From Antedon mediterranea (taxonomy: Eukaryota; Animalia; Echinodermata), in contig NC_092670.1 of assembly GCF_964355755.1 (NCBI RefSeq), forward strand, positions 14,184,795-14,248,794: a stretch of DNA of 64,000 nucleotides, in the 5' to 3' direction. Position numbers and translations under genes: made by a program. The notes below the pieces were generated by a model. That model was not told where the DNA came from. It searched no databases and saw only the letters and a program-made list of their open reading frames with translations. This document shows positions 62,201 to 64,000 of this stretch, piece by piece. Every line of letters begins with the position of its first letter. Positions within the stretch are counted from its first letter, which is position 1.

Positions 62201-63972
62201 TCATGTAAGTCATGTTAATGTTGTTTTTTAAAAACATACACTCTTTCATCTTGAGTCTGGTTGTTACATAGTGGCTTTGTTAGGTCAGTTTCAGTGCCTA
62301 GTCTTTCTTTCGAACCCAATCTTTAGCCTAGATATAATTGTTTCTCTGTTAATAGTATTGTATTTGTGTCTATTAATTATAATGTGTCATTTTATATTAT
62401 ATTTTTGTATTCTTTATCTATGTAACTTTGATAGAAACCAATGAATGTTGATTGGTTGTTTTTGACTGGTTACAACAAGTTAAGGATCTGGAAGAAAAAA
62501 TGCAAATACTACTTTAGGTATCCAAAGGTACCTTCAAAGGGTTTGGTTATTGTGCTGTATAGAGTTCTGCGGTGCTGACGCACAAACAAAAATTAGTCTT
62601 TGACTCTTGTTAGAAGGCTGTAAAATAAACATTAAGGCTCTTTAGAAGATTTTAAAGGTTGGATTCCAGGCTCACCTCTGCCCATCGTAATTGCTTTTCA
62701 AAGCTCCTTAACCACATATGTTGTAATGTTTGAGACAATTTGAAAGTGTCTTAATTCAATCTTGCAGATTGGTCAGTTTCAAGATGACCGGCACTGCTCT
62801 CGTATTCGGACATTACTTGCTCACTATACACCAGCTCAGGTGAGTATTCAAGCTTTTTTTGGAACACTCCTGTACTGAAGAGGTCACCCTATATAAAGAA
62901 GAATTTAAAAATAAATAATAATTCAAAATATTTTTGTAGGTTTTGTTCGAAAGAGGAAAACAACAGTTGCAAACACAACAGATTCTTAACAACAACTTAC
63001 TATCAGTATTAAAAGAGCCACTGGCACCGGGGAGCCAGTTCTGGTCTGCTGAAAAAACATTGAAACATTTTGTAGAAGAGAACTATATGATGGGTAATGA
63101 GGAGGGTAATAGTGATGGTGGACAAAACGTAACAAAATGGCCAGAAACACTGCAAGGATTGCTAGCAGAGGGTAAGCATGTTAGAAATGTCTCGTAAGAG
63201 GTTTAACTTCACAACATTAGTAATATGCGTTATACCACTAGAGTACAAGACTAGGTAATAAATGGGGATGTAGTGTATTGTATATAGACACACAAAAATA
63301 GCAGCATCTGAGTAATACATTGCAATGTAATGTTAATATGTAGTTATATATATGTGAGATCCTTAAAATGGTAGAGCGTTACTCGCACAACCGTCTCATC
63401 CTTTATTTTTAGAATACAAATTTCTCCCATCATTTGTCCGTATTAGATCTCTTTACACTCGAACTGGTAGATATAGAAAGTCATTTATTTCGAATTCCAT
63501 AACTCAATATAACAGCAAAACATCAAGATTAGTATAACTAGAAACTGTGTCTCAATGTAGTCATCATTACTGAATATGTAATACATATTGGCAGATCATG
63601 TTTAATGACATTTAATGATGATTTATTTATAGGAGACTCTCTTGGTTTGACACCAAGGGAAGGAAAGGAACTTGCTCTCAGTGCTTTTGGGGCTTGTATT
63701 TGGTAAGAATTAAAGTTAATCGTAACCGTTCTTTCTTTTATATTTTCATCTGGCTATAATTTTCAATTAACTAGAATAATAACATCAATAATGAATACAT
63801 TGTAATTCAGTCAAATAAATTTATTTAATTTTATAGGTATTTAAAGAAATGTTACCTACACCAGGAACTGCTGTCCATGAAGAATTTTACCACATATGTA
63901 CCAGTAGATGACAAAGATAGTATTGAAATTAAAAACATTCCAACTGATTTCACAACTAGAAATAGACACATG
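56215..63972 (+). CDS. MSH6: DNA mismatch repair protein MSH6, 5' part (17 exons seen; gene continues beyond the window)
   Basis: Exons 56215-56359 (PIP-like NTLFSYF), 57911-58079 ([12 protein letters not shown]), 58185-58387, 58558-58719, 59007-59119, 59239-59472, 59722-59810, 60186-60276 ([11 protein letters not shown]), 60560-60619, 60922-60996 ([11 protein letters not shown]), 61192-61327 (AHCGFPE), 61622-61687, 62053-62204, 62768-62839 ([11 protein letters not shown]), 62940-63171, 63633-63702 and 63837-63972. Confidence 0.96.
56490..56511. mobile_element. 22-bp palindromic insertion with 7-bp TSD (probable P-superfamily excision footprint)
   Basis: GGTATAT-[CATGGAGTAACTTTACTCCATG]-GGTATAT. 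Confidence 0.7.
56722..57759. mobile_element. Non-autonomous Mutator-like (MULE) element in MSH6 intron 1
   Basis: ~77-bp GC-rich TIRs (56722-56798 and 57683-57759, 4 mismatches by my count) with a perfect 9-bp TSD TAAAATGTA (56713-56721 and 57760-57768); no transposase ORF. Confidence 0.85.
57532..57562. mobile_element. 31-bp palindromic insertion with 7-bp TSD, inside the MULE element (probable P-superfamily excision footprint)
   Basis: ATTCATG-[CATGGAGTAAAGAATAATTCTTTACTCCATG]-ATTCATG. Confidence 0.75.
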
Positions 63973-64000
63973 GTAAGTAATATTATTTTTAACACTGAGC

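Overview
AT-rich, intron-containing animal genomic DNA; a marine invertebrate such as an echinoderm is my guess from gene content and repeat style. It is not prokaryotic and has no CRISPR array. Five spliced genes can be assembled by hand from GT-AG boundaries: a secreted collagen + C1q-domain gene (-), a patched-domain (PTCHD3-like) gene (-), bystin (-), acid sphingomyelinase (+, head-to-head with bystin) and the 5' part of MSH6 (+). The first 9.4 kb is a tandem array of ~1.15-1.2 kb non-coding units. Most end in an invariant 42-bp subTIR + hairpin + CTAG motif, matching non-autonomous Helentron/Helitron2 (DINE-1/HINE-like) rolling-circle elements. A diverged solo relative lies inverted next to the array (9901-11481) and shows compensatory changes in its terminal hairpins. 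Other highlights are four 22-31 bp CA...TG palindromes with perfect 7-bp target duplications (probable P-superfamily excision scars), a 63-bp tandem amplification of the C1q gene's last strand and stop codon, a Mutator-like MITE with a 9-bp TSD, several Harbinger- and hAT-like MITEs, and LINE 3' fragments. All coordinates were read by eye and may be off by a few bases.
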